Below the pieces are notes generated by a model that ran no database searches, was not told the origin of the DNA, and saw only the letters and a program-made list of their open reading frames with translations. Below, piece after piece: positions 1-9,137 of a DNA stretch of 64,000 nucleotides; position 1 is the first letter of the stretch, and each line of letters starts with the position of its first letter. A program made the translations under genes and the position numbers. The DNA comes from an uncultured Fibrobacteraceae bacterium (GTDB lineage: Bacteria; Krumholzibacteriota; Krumholzibacteriia; LZORAL124-64-63): positions 32,406 through 96,405 of the forward strand of contig CAYFKR010000014.1 of assembly GCA_964343835.1 (NCBI GenBank), read 5' to 3'.

Positions 1-80
1 TGGATGGGAGCTCCGCGAGCTGTGGAGGTGGGAATGTAGCACATGGGCCGCCCGTAGGGAAACGGGCGGCCCGGGGGAGA

Positions 81-668
81 TTAGCGGTAGAGGGCTTTCA
101 GGGTGCCGAAGGTGGCGTCGTCGCCGGAAAGGGGATGGCACTGCTCAGGTGGCGCGATGAAAGCGCTGGGCCGACCAGGCCCTTCCGGAGGGAACGGCAT
201 GAAGACGTGAGCATCGTTCGGCACGATCCAGCCCGGTGCCCAGTATCGGGGTGGCGTGTTCTCGTCGATGCCGGAGATCTGGAATTCAATCACGTCCGTA
301 GGGGACTGAACGAACCCGGTCCATGTTGCGAGAACCACGACAGGAGCAGCAGGCAGTGCGGGGCCCGGGCCGCAATGGAGGATCATCGGATTGTCGATGC
401 TGATAGGGCAGAATGCACTGAACCACTGGGGCGCGACAGGATTGCCGATGACCTCGAGGGAGGCCTCCCAGGAGTCGATACCGTCTGGATTCGACATGTT
501 GGTCAACAGGAGGTAGGCGGTCACGCTCTCGAATGGGGCCATGGTGGAGTAGCACACTTCAGTGCCCCCCATATCGAAGTAGATGCCCATTCCGTCGGGT
601 TCGGGATCGAGCTGCGCGGACGCGACGGAAACGAGTGCGAGGGCCATCAGCAGTATCATGGTCTTCAT
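81..668 (-). CDS. hypothetical secreted protein (paralog A of a tandem pair)
   Basis: 195-aa ORF with an N-terminal signal peptide (MKTMILLMALALVSVASAQ). It shares ATWTGFVQSPTDVIEFQ and the C-terminal LKALYR with the neighbouring ORF. No recognised domain. Confidence 0.55.
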   Translation of the reverse strand: MKTMILLMALALVSVASAQLDPEPDGMGIYFDMGGTEVCYSTMAPFESVTAYLLLTNMSNPDGIDSWEASLEVIGNPVAPQWFSAFCPISIDNPMILHCGPGPALPAAPVVVLATWTGFVQSPTDVIEFQISGIDENTPPRYWAPGWIVPNDAHVFMPFPPEGPGRPSAFIAPPEQCHPLSGDDATFGTLKALYR

Positions 669-689
669 GGGCGTCTCCCGCCATTGGAT

Positions 690-1283
690 TCAGCGATACA
701 GGCTCTTAAGCGACGTGAACGTCACTTCCTCGTCGGCCAGCGGCAGACACACCGCATCCGGCGCGATCATGGCGCACGGCCCGCCCGGTCCGAACGGCGT
801 CGGGACCTGGCACATGATCGGATCCATGGCGCCGGGGCACGCGTAATAGGGGCCCTCGCCGGACTGGAGACCCTCCACACGGAATTCGATCACGTCGTCG
901 GGGCTCGCCACGAAGCCGTTCCACGTGGCCAGCACGGCGATGGGGCTCGTGGGCAGCACGGGAATGAGAGTGCTGATGCCGACCTGGAAGATCTCGGGAT
1001 CGGGGTTCACGTCCATCGACGGCGTGGGCAGGCCCCAGGCCGGCGAGACCGGCGAGTCTCCTTCGTGGCGCACGACGGCTTCCCATCCCGAGATGTCCAT
1101 GCAGGTGGGATTGGTGAGGCAGAGATAGGCGAACACTGATTCGAAGGGTGCGGACGTGGAGCGGCAGAACTGGGTGGCGCCCTCGTCGAAGTAGATTCCC
1201 AGGGTGTCGGGCGTCGGATCGATCTGCCCGAAGGACGATGCTGCGGCGAGGAGGAGGGCGGCCAGGATCAGAACGGTCCTCAT
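690..1283 (-). CDS. hypothetical secreted protein (paralog B of a tandem pair)
   Basis: 197 aa with a signal peptide (MRTVLILAALLLAAASSFGQ). It is co-linear with the 81..668 product, including the LKSLYR C-terminus, so this looks like a tandem duplication. Confidence 0.55.
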   Translation of the reverse strand: MRTVLILAALLLAAASSFGQIDPTPDTLGIYFDEGATQFCRSTSAPFESVFAYLCLTNPTCMDISGWEAVVRHEGDSPVSPAWGLPTPSMDVNPDPEIFQVGISTLIPVLPTSPIAVLATWNGFVASPDDVIEFRVEGLQSGEGPYYACPGAMDPIMCQVPTPFGPGGPCAMIAPDAVCLPLADEEVTFTSLKSLYR

Positions 1284-1416
1284 GATGCGATCCTTTCGAC
1301 GATATGTGAACTCGGATGATTTGAACCCACTCTATCACAACTTGAACCGCCCTGACCACTCTTGACCCGTCACCCTGCCCGATGCCACCATGCTCCCTTC
1401 AACCTGGGAGGTTTCC

Positions 1417-2676
1417 ATGCGCCGCATCCTGTTCGCCCTGCTCGCCCTCGTGACCGTCGCCGCAGCCGCACCCAAGGACGGCCCCGCGTACCGCGACCCC
1501 AACGAATACCCCGTCCTCGACGAGATCCGCGCCCGCCGCGCTGCCATGGCCGCGGAGCGGGACTCGCTGAAGCAGATCGTCCGCGATCGCCAGGACATCG
1601 AGAGCCTGGCCGCCGAGGCCGCCGAGCGGTCCCTGCGGGTGGACTGGTCGCGCATCGACCGTCCCGACGGCCCCGACGATTTCGACCTGGTGCTGCCCCA
1701 CCTGCCGCCCACGCCCCAGTTCATGACGGGCACCTGCTGGTCGTTCGCCGGCACGTCGCTGATGGAGTCGGAGACCATGCGCCTGACGGGCCGCGAGGTG
1801 AAGCTCTCGGAAATGTGGACGGTGTACTGGGAGTACGTGCTGAAGGTGCGACGCTGGGTGCGGGAGTACGGCGAGTCGCTGGTGTCCACCGGATCCCAGA
1901 GCGACGGGCTGCTGGAGGTCTACACCGAGTTCGGCGCCGTGCCCCGCGACGCCTACCCGGGCGTGCTCTTCGCCGACGGCCGCCACGACCACGCCGCGCT
2001 CCACGCCGACGTCACCGCCTGGCTGGACCTCTGCCGCGAGCGCGAGATCTGGGACGAGGAACACGTGATCACCGTGCTGCGCCTGATCCTGGACCGCCAC
2101 CTGGGCGCGCCGCCGGAGGCCTTCGCCTACGACGGCAGCGAGTGGACGCCCCACACCTTCCGCGCCGACTACCTGGGCCTCGACCCCGCCGACTACGTGG
2201 GCCTGGTCTCGCGCATGGACACGCCCTTCGGCAAGCAGTGCCTGCTGGACGTGCCGGACAACTGGCGCCGGTCGGAGCAGTACTGGAACGTGCCCATCGA
2301 CGACTTCGCCGACGTGCTGGAGAAGGCCCTGAAGTCCGGCTACACCTGCGTGGTGGGCGGCGACAACTCCGAGCCCGGCATGGACGGGCAGTTCGACGCC
2401 GCCATCGTGCCGAGCTGGGACATCCCCGCCGACGCCATCAATCAGGGCGCACGGGAACACCGCATCGTCAACGGCCAGACCACCGACGACCACGGCCTTC
2501 ACGTGGTGGGGCGCACGAAGGAGGGCGGCGCGTGGTGGTACCTGATCAAGGATTCGAACCGCTCGTCGCGGCTCGGGGAGCATGAGGGCTACTACTTCTG
2601 GCGCGAGGAATACCCGAAGCTGAAGATGCTCACGATCCTGATCCACAGGGATGCGGTGGCGCACCTGCTGCCCTGA
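1417..2676 (+). CDS. C1 family (papain-like) cysteine peptidase, aminopeptidase C / bleomycin hydrolase-like, secreted
   Basis: TGTCWSFAGTSLMESE is the catalytic Cys motif of the C1 family. A signal peptide follows the ATG at 1417, which is preceded by GGAGG. The ORF-track start at 1390 lacks an RBS. Confidence 0.8.
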   Translation: MRRILFALLALVTVAAAAPKDGPAYRDPNEYPVLDEIRARRAAMAAERDSLKQIVRDRQDIESLAAEAAERSLRVDWSRIDRPDGPDDFDLVLPHLPPTPQFMTGTCWSFAGTSLMESETMRLTGREVKLSEMWTVYWEYVLKVRRWVREYGESLVSTGSQSDGLLEVYTEFGAVPRDAYPGVLFADGRHDHAALHADVTAWLDLCREREIWDEEHVITVLRLILDRHLGAPPEAFAYDGSEWTPHTFRADYLGLDPADYVGLVSRMDTPFGKQCLLDVPDNWRRSEQYWNVPIDDFADVLEKALKSGYTCVVGGDNSEPGMDGQFDAAIVPSWDIPADAINQGAREHRIVNGQTTDDHGLHVVGRTKEGGAWWYLIKDSNRSSRLGEHEGYYFWREEYPKLKMLTILIHRDAVAHLLP

Positions 2677-2702
2677 TCCTGCCCCATCGACGGATCGTTA
2701 CG

Positions 2703-2736
2703 ACGGCCCTCCGCCAGCGCGGAGGGCCGTTTCGTG
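2703..2736 (+). terminator. rho-independent terminator candidate downstream of the C1 peptidase
   Basis: 12-bp GC stem acggccctccgc / gcggagggccgt with a 4-nt loop, followed by ttcgtgatgatttctgg. Confidence 0.45.
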
Positions 2737-2809
2737 ATGATTTCTGGATAAACATGAGTTATGATGTCCGGTATCAATTAGCGTCGATATCCATGCCTCG
2801 GGAGATTCC

Positions 2810-5023
2810 ATGACCCCGCACCGCCGCGCCTCGAACGCCGTCCTCGCTTCGGCCCTCGTCATCCTGTGCCTCGTCGGGTCCGTCGGCGCCGCCGACTACG
2901 CCGTCCGCTGGGGCCACCCGTCGCCCCAGGGGCAGCCCATCTTCGGCCTGGCCTTCGCCGACGACCTGAACGGCTGGGCCGTGACCCGCGGCGGCGGTGT
3001 GCTGCGCAGCGTGGACGGAGCCGAGAGCTGGACGGTGATCGCACCGGCCGGGGCCTTCAGCGACGACCTGTACGACCTGGTCGTGCTCGGGGACGGTTCC
3101 CTGATCGTCGGCGGAGACTCCCTTTACCGCAGCGCCGACGGCGGCATGACCTGGCAAGCGCTCCCACACCCCGCGACCGGCACGTTCTTCGACCTGTGCC
3201 TGATCCCCGGCGGCGGCGTGTCGGCGGCCAGCCGGGACGGGGAGGTGGTCGTCTCGTTCGACGGCGGCGACAGCTGGAGTGCGGCCGGCCCCGGAGGCGG
3301 CGACATCCGCCAGCACCTGTGGATGGATTCCCTGCGGGGCTTCGCCGTGGGAGACGGCGTGAGCCATCGCACCCTGGACGGCGGCATGACCTGGACCGAG
3401 GCCTTTCCGGCCTCGACGTTCGGCTGGAACACCATCGCGGCCGTGGACGACACGACCATCGTGGTCTACGAGGATTTCGCGTCGGCCGTGAGCACGGATG
3501 CGGGGCAGACCTGGACGGTCGAGTCGGTGTTCTCCGCGCCCCTCTACCGCTACCGCCTGCTGGTTCTGGCGCCGGATCACTGGCTGCTGACCACCCACCT
3601 GGAGGGCGCCGAGATCTGGGAGACCACCGACGGCGGTCTGACCTGGACCGAGCACTATTTCGCCCGTGACCTCGGCTTCATGGCCATCGTGCAGCTGCCG
3701 TCGGGGCGGATCGTGTGCTCGGACGACATCGGCAACATCCGCTGGTCGGACGACCTGGGCGTGACCCTCCACCTCGGCACCGTGGACCATTCCCGCCCCC
3801 ATGGCGGGATAGGCTCCGTGGACCTGATCTCTCACCGGGTCGACGGTGCGATCTTCGCCCTCTCCGACGCTTCCTCCTATCCGGACCCCGATCTCCTGCT
3901 CCGCAGTGACGACGGCGGCCTGACCTGGATGCCCGTGCCCCTGCCGCCCACCAACGGCGTCGACGGCATGGCCTGGCTCGATGCCGACACCGGCCTCGCC
4001 GCCGGCTACAATTCCATCGCCCGCACCACCGACGGCGGCGCTACCTGGACGCTCCTGGCCCTGGCGCCCGGCGGCCGCATCCGCAGCGTGGCCCTGCCCG
4101 CCGCCGACCGCTGGTTCTGCGCCGCCGCCAACGGTGGCACCGGCGACGCGGGCGGCGACATCCTCCGCAGCACCGACGGCGGCCTCACCTGGGCACCCGC
4201 CGGCGGCGGCCTGCCCACGGGCACCATGAACTCCTGGCTCGTGGAGTTCGACGACGGGGGCCTGCTCGGATTCGCCAGCGGCTACATCGGCGACATCAAG
4301 CGCACCTACCGCACCCTGGACGGCGGCGTGACCTGGAGCCTGGTCTCCGCGCTGGAGACCATCCAGGACGTGGCGTTCCCCGAGCCCGGCACGGTCGTGG
4401 CCGTCGGTGGCTTCTCGTCCTATCGCAGCACCGACGGCGGTGCGACCTGGACCTCGACGGCCCTGCCCCGGACCACGCGCGGCGTCGTCTTCGCGGATGC
4501 TTCGCGGGGGCTGGCCTGGGGATCCTCCGCCGCGTTCCTCGCCACCGAGGACGGCGGCCTCACCTGGGAGTCCGTCCCGACCCCGTTCCTCTCGCCGACC
4601 CCGCCCTGGGACACGTACAACCGCGTCGACGCCTGCGGCGTGTCGGACGAGGGCTGGATCGTGGGGGGATACGGCAACAGACTGGTGGTGCTGAACGAGG
4701 TCTCGGCCACGGGGGTCGGGGCCGGTCACGGTGGTGGCGTGACCACGGCCGTGGTGATCGACGGGGCGACGCCCAACCCGTTCAACCCGATCACCGAGCT
4801 GCATTTCCGCACGTCGGTGGAGGGGACGGTCCGGGTGACCGTGCACGACCTCGCCGGCCGCGTGGTCCGCACCCTGTCCGATGGGCCCCGGCCTGCGGGC
4901 GACCATCGGATTACGTGGCGCGGTGTCGACGACGCGGGCCGCCCGGTCGCGGCCGGCGTCTACCTGGCGAACGTCCGCGGGGGCGGCGGTGCGGCCACGG
5001 CCAAGCTCGTGCTCGTGAAGTAG
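2810..5023 (+). CDS. BNR/Asp-box repeat beta-propeller protein with a T9SS C-terminal sorting domain
   Basis: Signal peptide. Many SxDxGxTW Asp-box repeats (DGGMTW, DGGLTW, DGGATW and others). The C-terminus NPFNPITELHF...GVYLANV...KLVLVK matches the FlgD-Ig-like type A T9SS sorting domain. Confidence 0.75.
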   Translation: MTPHRRASNAVLASALVILCLVGSVGAADYAVRWGHPSPQGQPIFGLAFADDLNGWAVTRGGGVLRSVDGAESWTVIAPAGAFSDDLYDLVVLGDGSLIVGGDSLYRSADGGMTWQALPHPATGTFFDLCLIPGGGVSAASRDGEVVVSFDGGDSWSAAGPGGGDIRQHLWMDSLRGFAVGDGVSHRTLDGGMTWTEAFPASTFGWNTIAAVDDTTIVVYEDFASAVSTDAGQTWTVESVFSAPLYRYRLLVLAPDHWLLTTHLEGAEIWETTDGGLTWTEHYFARDLGFMAIVQLPSGRIVCSDDIGNIRWSDDLGVTLHLGTVDHSRPHGGIGSVDLISHRVDGAIFALSDASSYPDPDLLLRSDDGGLTWMPVPLPPTNGVDGMAWLDADTGLAAGYNSIARTTDGGATWTLLALAPGGRIRSVALPAADRWFCAAANGGTGDAGGDILRSTDGGLTWAPAGGGLPTGTMNSWLVEFDDGGLLGFASGYIGDIKRTYRTLDGGVTWSLVSALETIQDVAFPEPGTVVAVGGFSSYRSTDGGATWTSTALPRTTRGVVFADASRGLAWGSSAAFLATEDGGLTWESVPTPFLSPTPPWDTYNRVDACGVSDEGWIVGGYGNRLVVLNEVSATGVGAGHGGGVTTAVVIDGATPNPFNPITELHFRTSVEGTVRVTVHDLAGRVVRTLSDGPRPAGDHRITWRGVDDAGRPVAAGVYLANVRGGGGAATAKLVLVK

Positions 5024-5030
5024 AGGGAGC

Positions 5031-6192
5031 TCAGTTCCCGACCGGCTCGTCCGTCAGCTTGACGGCGATGCCGCGGCGCTCGAGTTCCCCGATCACCTTC
5101 GCCACCGGCACCACCAGCTCCTGGGGCTGCGCGCCGGCCTCGGCGACCTCGCCCCGGGCCAGCATGGCCGCCAGGATGGCCGCCGGGAACCCGGTCATGC
5201 GCATCATGGCCGTCAGCCCCGTCTCTGGGTCCTCCCGATCCACGATCTCGATGCACCGCCGTCGCCGTTCGCCGTCGACCGTGCCGACGGCCTCGGCCCT
5301 CAGCAGCACCAGGTCCGGTCCCGTCTTGGGACAGGCCGCCTCGAGGCACGCGCCCAGCAGGTCGCGGGGACGGACGTCGCCGGCGGGAGTCTGCACGGGG
5401 TCGTTGCCGGTCAGGCCCACCTCCATCATCAGGCGGATCTTCTCGCAGTGGCCCGGATAGCGGATGGTCTTGTAGTCCATGTCGCGTACGCGGCCCAGGA
5501 GGGTGCGCGGCAGGGTGGAGCAACCGCCGGAGGTCTGGAAGGCCTCCAGCTCGCCGAAGCCGTCGAACGACAGTGTCTCCAGCTCGCTCATGCCGGGCAC
5601 CACGGCCTGCTCGCCGTCGCGGATCACCAGGCAGGGCTCGATGTACTCGTTGATCAGTCCCTGCACCGCGAACACGATCATGTAGTCCAGGGGCGGCTGC
5701 GGGTCGGCGGGCAGGCCGCCCACGCGCAGCGTGACCCGTTCGCACGTATCCCAGGCGTGGTCCACGGCCAGGTGCCAGCCGAGCAGGCCGGCCAGGCCCG
5801 GAGCCAGGCCGCAGTCGGGCAGCACGGTCACGCCGGCGGCGGCTGCGGCCTCGTGCTGGGCGAACTGGGCGTCCACGACGTCGTTGTTTCCCCCCAGGTC
5901 CAGGAAGTGGCAGCCGTGTCGGATGGCCGTGCCGGTCAGATCCGCGTTGTACCAGTAGTTCACCGCGCTGATGCAGGCGTCGGCGCCGTCGAACAGGGGA
6001 GCGGTGAGGTCGGCGTCGCGCACGTCGCCCTGGTGGACGTGGATGCGCTCATCGGGGAAGGCGGTCCGGAAGTCCGTCAGGGTGGGGCCGTGGAACTCGA
6101 GCACGTCGAGGTGTTCCAGGTCGGGCTGGCGGAGCAGGTCGTGGGCGATGGCGCGGGCCTGCATGCCGGCGCCCAGGAGCAGGATGCGCATG
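5031..6192 (-). CDS. saccharopine dehydrogenase-like NAD(P)-binding oxidoreductase
   Basis: MRILLLGAGMQARAIAHDL Rossmann N-terminus. GGAGG lies upstream of the internal ATG at 6192. Overall Sacchrp_dh-like architecture. Confidence 0.65.
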
Positions 6193-6334
6193 GGATCCTC
6201 CGGGGGTGACGGTGACCCGCGAAATGTGCCCCATCGGACGCGCGGAGGCAACGGGGATTGCCTTGATCGGGTCCGAGCCAGGAGTTACGATCCCGCCGAG
6301 CCCGCACCGTCAACCACCCAACCGGAGGCCGCCG

Positions 6335-7237
6335 ATGGACGCCAAGACCCTCCAGGCCCGACTCCTGGAGCTGATCCGCCGCACGTCCTGCGAGATGCCG
6401 CAGGACATGATCCGCGCCGTGGACAAGGCGTGGCGCAGGGAGAAGAAGGACACCACCGCCAAGTACGCCCTGGGCGTGATGCGCGACAACATCAAGCTCG
6501 CCAACGAGCTCTCCCAGCCCCTGTGCCAGGACACCGGCACGGTGGTCTGCTACGTGGACCGTCCGTCGTGGATGAGCGAGCGCGCCTTCCGTGCCGCCTT
6601 CGACAAGGCCGTGGCCAGGGCCACGAAGCTGGGCTACCTGCGGCAGAACTCGGTGGACTCCATCACCGGAAAGAACTCCGGCAACAACCTCGGCCCCGGC
6701 AGCCCCGTCTACCACTTCCATGAGGTGACCGGCAAGACCCTCTCGGTCCGCATGATGCTCAAGGGCGGCGGCAGCGAGAACGTGTCGGCCCAGTACGCCC
6801 TGCCGGACAATCGTCTGGGCGCCGGCCGCGACCTCGACGGCGTGCGCAAGTGCGTGCTCGACGCCGTGCACCAGGCTCAGGGCAAGGGCTGCGGCCCTGG
6901 TATCCTCGGGGTCTGCGTGGGCGGCGATCGCGCCACCGGGTACGTGTCGGCCAAGGAGCAGTTCTTCCGCACCCTGGACGACCGGAACGACGACCGCACC
7001 CTCGCCAAGCTGGAGAAGACGCTGCTGGACGAGGCCAATTCCCTGGGCATCGGCCCCATGGGCTTCGGCGGCGGCACCACCCTGCTGGGAGTCAAGATGG
7101 CCGCCCGCAACCGGGTGCCCGCGTCGTTCTACGTGACCGTGGCCTACATGTGCTGGGCCTACCGCCGCAACGGGTTCAAGCTGAGCGAGGGCGGCCGCGT
7201 CACCGGCTGGCTCTACGACCAGGGAGGTGCGCGATGA
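6335..7237 (+). CDS. class I Fe-S hydro-lyase alpha subunit (fumarate hydratase FumA N-terminal / L(+)-tartrate dehydratase TtdA family)
   Basis: ALGVMRDNIKLANE...PLCQDTGTVVCYVDRP...GPMGFGGGTT is the tartrate/fumarate hydro-lyase alpha signature. RBS CCGGAGG precedes the ATG at 6335. Confidence 0.8.
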   Translation: MDAKTLQARLLELIRRTSCEMPQDMIRAVDKAWRREKKDTTAKYALGVMRDNIKLANELSQPLCQDTGTVVCYVDRPSWMSERAFRAAFDKAVARATKLGYLRQNSVDSITGKNSGNNLGPGSPVYHFHEVTGKTLSVRMMLKGGGSENVSAQYALPDNRLGAGRDLDGVRKCVLDAVHQAQGKGCGPGILGVCVGGDRATGYVSAKEQFFRTLDDRNDDRTLAKLEKTLLDEANSLGIGPMGFGGGTTLLGVKMAARNRVPASFYVTVAYMCWAYRRNGFKLSEGGRVTGWLYDQGGAR

Positions 7238-7800
7238 TCCTCGAGGCCCCCTTCACCGCGAAGAAGATGCGCGAACTGCGCGTGGGCGACGTCGTGGAGA
7301 TCACCGGCAAGCTGTTCACCGGCCGCGACGCCTTCCACAAGTACCTGCACGACGGCGGCAAGCCGCCCGTCGACCTGAAGGACTCCATCATCTATCACTG
7401 CGGCCCGGTGGTGGTGAAGGAGGGCGGCAAGTGGGTCGTCAAGGCCGCCGGACCGACGACCTCCATCCGCGAGGAGCCCTACCAGGGGCCGTTGATGGAG
7501 CAGTACGGGATCCGCGGCGTCATCGGCAAGGGCGGCATGGGGCCCAAGACCCTGGCCGCGTGCAAGAAGGTGGGCGGGTGCTACTTCCACGCCATCGGCG
7601 GCGCTGCCCAGGTGCTGGCGAAGCGCGTGACGAGCGTGCCGGACGTCCACCTGCTCGAGGAGTTCGGATCGCCGGAGGCGGTCTGGGAGTTCGAGGTCGT
7701 CAAGTTCCCTGTCGTGGTGACCATGGACAGTCACGGCGGTTCCCTGCATGCGGAGGTCGACGCCGTCTCGGCGAAGGCCCTCGGCAAGCTGATCGGGTGA
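7234..7800 (+). CDS. class I Fe-S hydro-lyase beta subunit (FumA C-terminal / TtdB family)
   Basis: 188 aa with GRDAFHKYL...IYHCGPVV...GKGGMG...CYFHAIGGAAQVLA, the beta-subunit swivel-domain signature. ATGA overlap with the alpha stop indicates translational coupling. Confidence 0.8.
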   Translation: MILEAPFTAKKMRELRVGDVVEITGKLFTGRDAFHKYLHDGGKPPVDLKDSIIYHCGPVVVKEGGKWVVKAAGPTTSIREEPYQGPLMEQYGIRGVIGKGGMGPKTLAACKKVGGCYFHAIGGAAQVLAKRVTSVPDVHLLEEFGSPEAVWEFEVVKFPVVVTMDSHGGSLHAEVDAVSAKALGKLIG

Positions 7801-7813
7801 CCGGAGGAGGAGC

Positions 7814-9133
7814 ATGAGCCAGCATTCCGGAGACCAGGGCGCGGGAAGGATCCCGCACGAGGAGTTCCTCTCCCTGGCTGAGATCCTCAACATCCTGTGG
7901 CGCCGCAAGGTGATGATCGTGCTGCTGACCCTGCTGGGGCTGGTGGCGGGCATCGTGTACGGCATCGTCACGCCACCCCTCTACCGGGCCACGGCCAACG
8001 TGCGCCCCGGCATCACCAGATACAACAGCAACGGCCACCCCCAGCGCACCTGGCACCTGAAGGACATCGTGCGCTGGTACCGGGGCGGCCTCTACAACAC
8101 GGGCGTGCGCCGGTCCTTGGGCTGGGAGAGCAACGGCCTGGTGCCGCTGATCGAGGCCGAGTTCATTCCCCGTGGCGTGGGCGTGCAGGGCGGCGACGTG
8201 GTGACCCTCACCCTGCTGCACGTGGACGGCCTGGAGGCCCGCGAGGTGCTGGACGCATCCATCGACGCCTTCAACGAGTACGCCGAGGTCAACAGCGTGG
8301 GCAGCGACATCTCCCTGTCGCGCAACAGCCTCCAGCGCCAGATCGAACAGCTCGCCAACGACCGCGAGGACGTCGAGGTCAAGAAGGCCCTGCTGGACGT
8401 GGAGATCGAACGGGCCAGCGCCGAGCTGGGCGTGATCGCCGTGGAGGAGGAGGCCCTGGAGCTGAAGATCGCCGAGCACGAGGCGGCCCAGCGTCATCGC
8501 GAGGCCAAGGCCGGACGGCTGGAGGAGGGCGTCGAGTCCGCCCGCTCCGAGCTCGGCGAGATGGACGGCATCCTGGACCGCATGCGCGTGAAGGAGGCCC
8601 GGCAGGACGAGCGCGACTCGCTGATGACGACCGAGCCCCTGGTCGACGCCGTGTCCCTGCCCTGGTGGGAGATGGTGGAGGACAAGACCGCCAGCACCGG
8701 GCGCCTGTTGCTGAGCACCCTGAACATGCAGCGCGCCATGTGGAACCACGAGCTCGAGGCCGTGGAACTGCGGGCCGAGTACGAGACCGCCGACCTGGCC
8801 CGCCGCGCCGAGCTGCTGACCGAGCGGTTCGATCTGGCCAACCGCCGCCGCCTGGTCGAGCTGGACGTGCGCGAGAAGGAGCTGAACCGGGACCGCGCCC
8901 TGGCCCAGGAGATCGTCAACATCGACGACGAGATCCGGCTCATCGAGTCGCGCCTGGAGGTGCTGACCTCCCTGGAGAAGATCGGTGTGATCGAGGCCAC
9001 CGAGAAGCCCGTGCGGCCGCGGAAGCAGCGGGCCATCGGGCTGCTGACCCTGGCCGGCCTGCTCGGGTCGGTGGGGCTGGCCTTCGTCTGGGAGTACCTG
9101 TCGCGCAACCGCGCGGAGATCTTCCGCTCCTGA
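7814..9133 (+). CDS. polysaccharide co-polymerase (Wzz / chain-length determinant family, no kinase domain)
   Basis: N-terminal Wzz motif LWRRKVMIVLL...PPLYRATANV, a long coiled-coil periplasmic region and a C-terminal TM (AIGLLTLAGLLGSVGLAFVWEYL). GGAGGAGG RBS. Confidence 0.7.
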   Translation: MSQHSGDQGAGRIPHEEFLSLAEILNILWRRKVMIVLLTLLGLVAGIVYGIVTPPLYRATANVRPGITRYNSNGHPQRTWHLKDIVRWYRGGLYNTGVRRSLGWESNGLVPLIEAEFIPRGVGVQGGDVVTLTLLHVDGLEAREVLDASIDAFNEYAEVNSVGSDISLSRNSLQRQIEQLANDREDVEVKKALLDVEIERASAELGVIAVEEEALELKIAEHEAAQRHREAKAGRLEEGVESARSELGEMDGILDRMRVKEARQDERDSLMTTEPLVDAVSLPWWEMVEDKTASTGRLLLSTLNMQRAMWNHELEAVELRAEYETADLARRAELLTERFDLANRRRLVELDVREKELNRDRALAQEIVNIDDEIRLIESRLEVLTSLEKIGVIEATEKPVRPRKQRAIGLLTLAGLLGSVGLAFVWEYLSRNRAEIFRS

Positions 9134-9137
9134 CGCG

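Noticed and set aside
42-71. 10-bp perfect hairpin gggccgcccg-tagggaaa-cgggcggccc downstream of the 81..668 gene as a terminator
   Set aside because: No U-tract follows on the transcribed (minus) strand. It may still be a stabilising 3' stem but cannot be called an intrinsic terminator.
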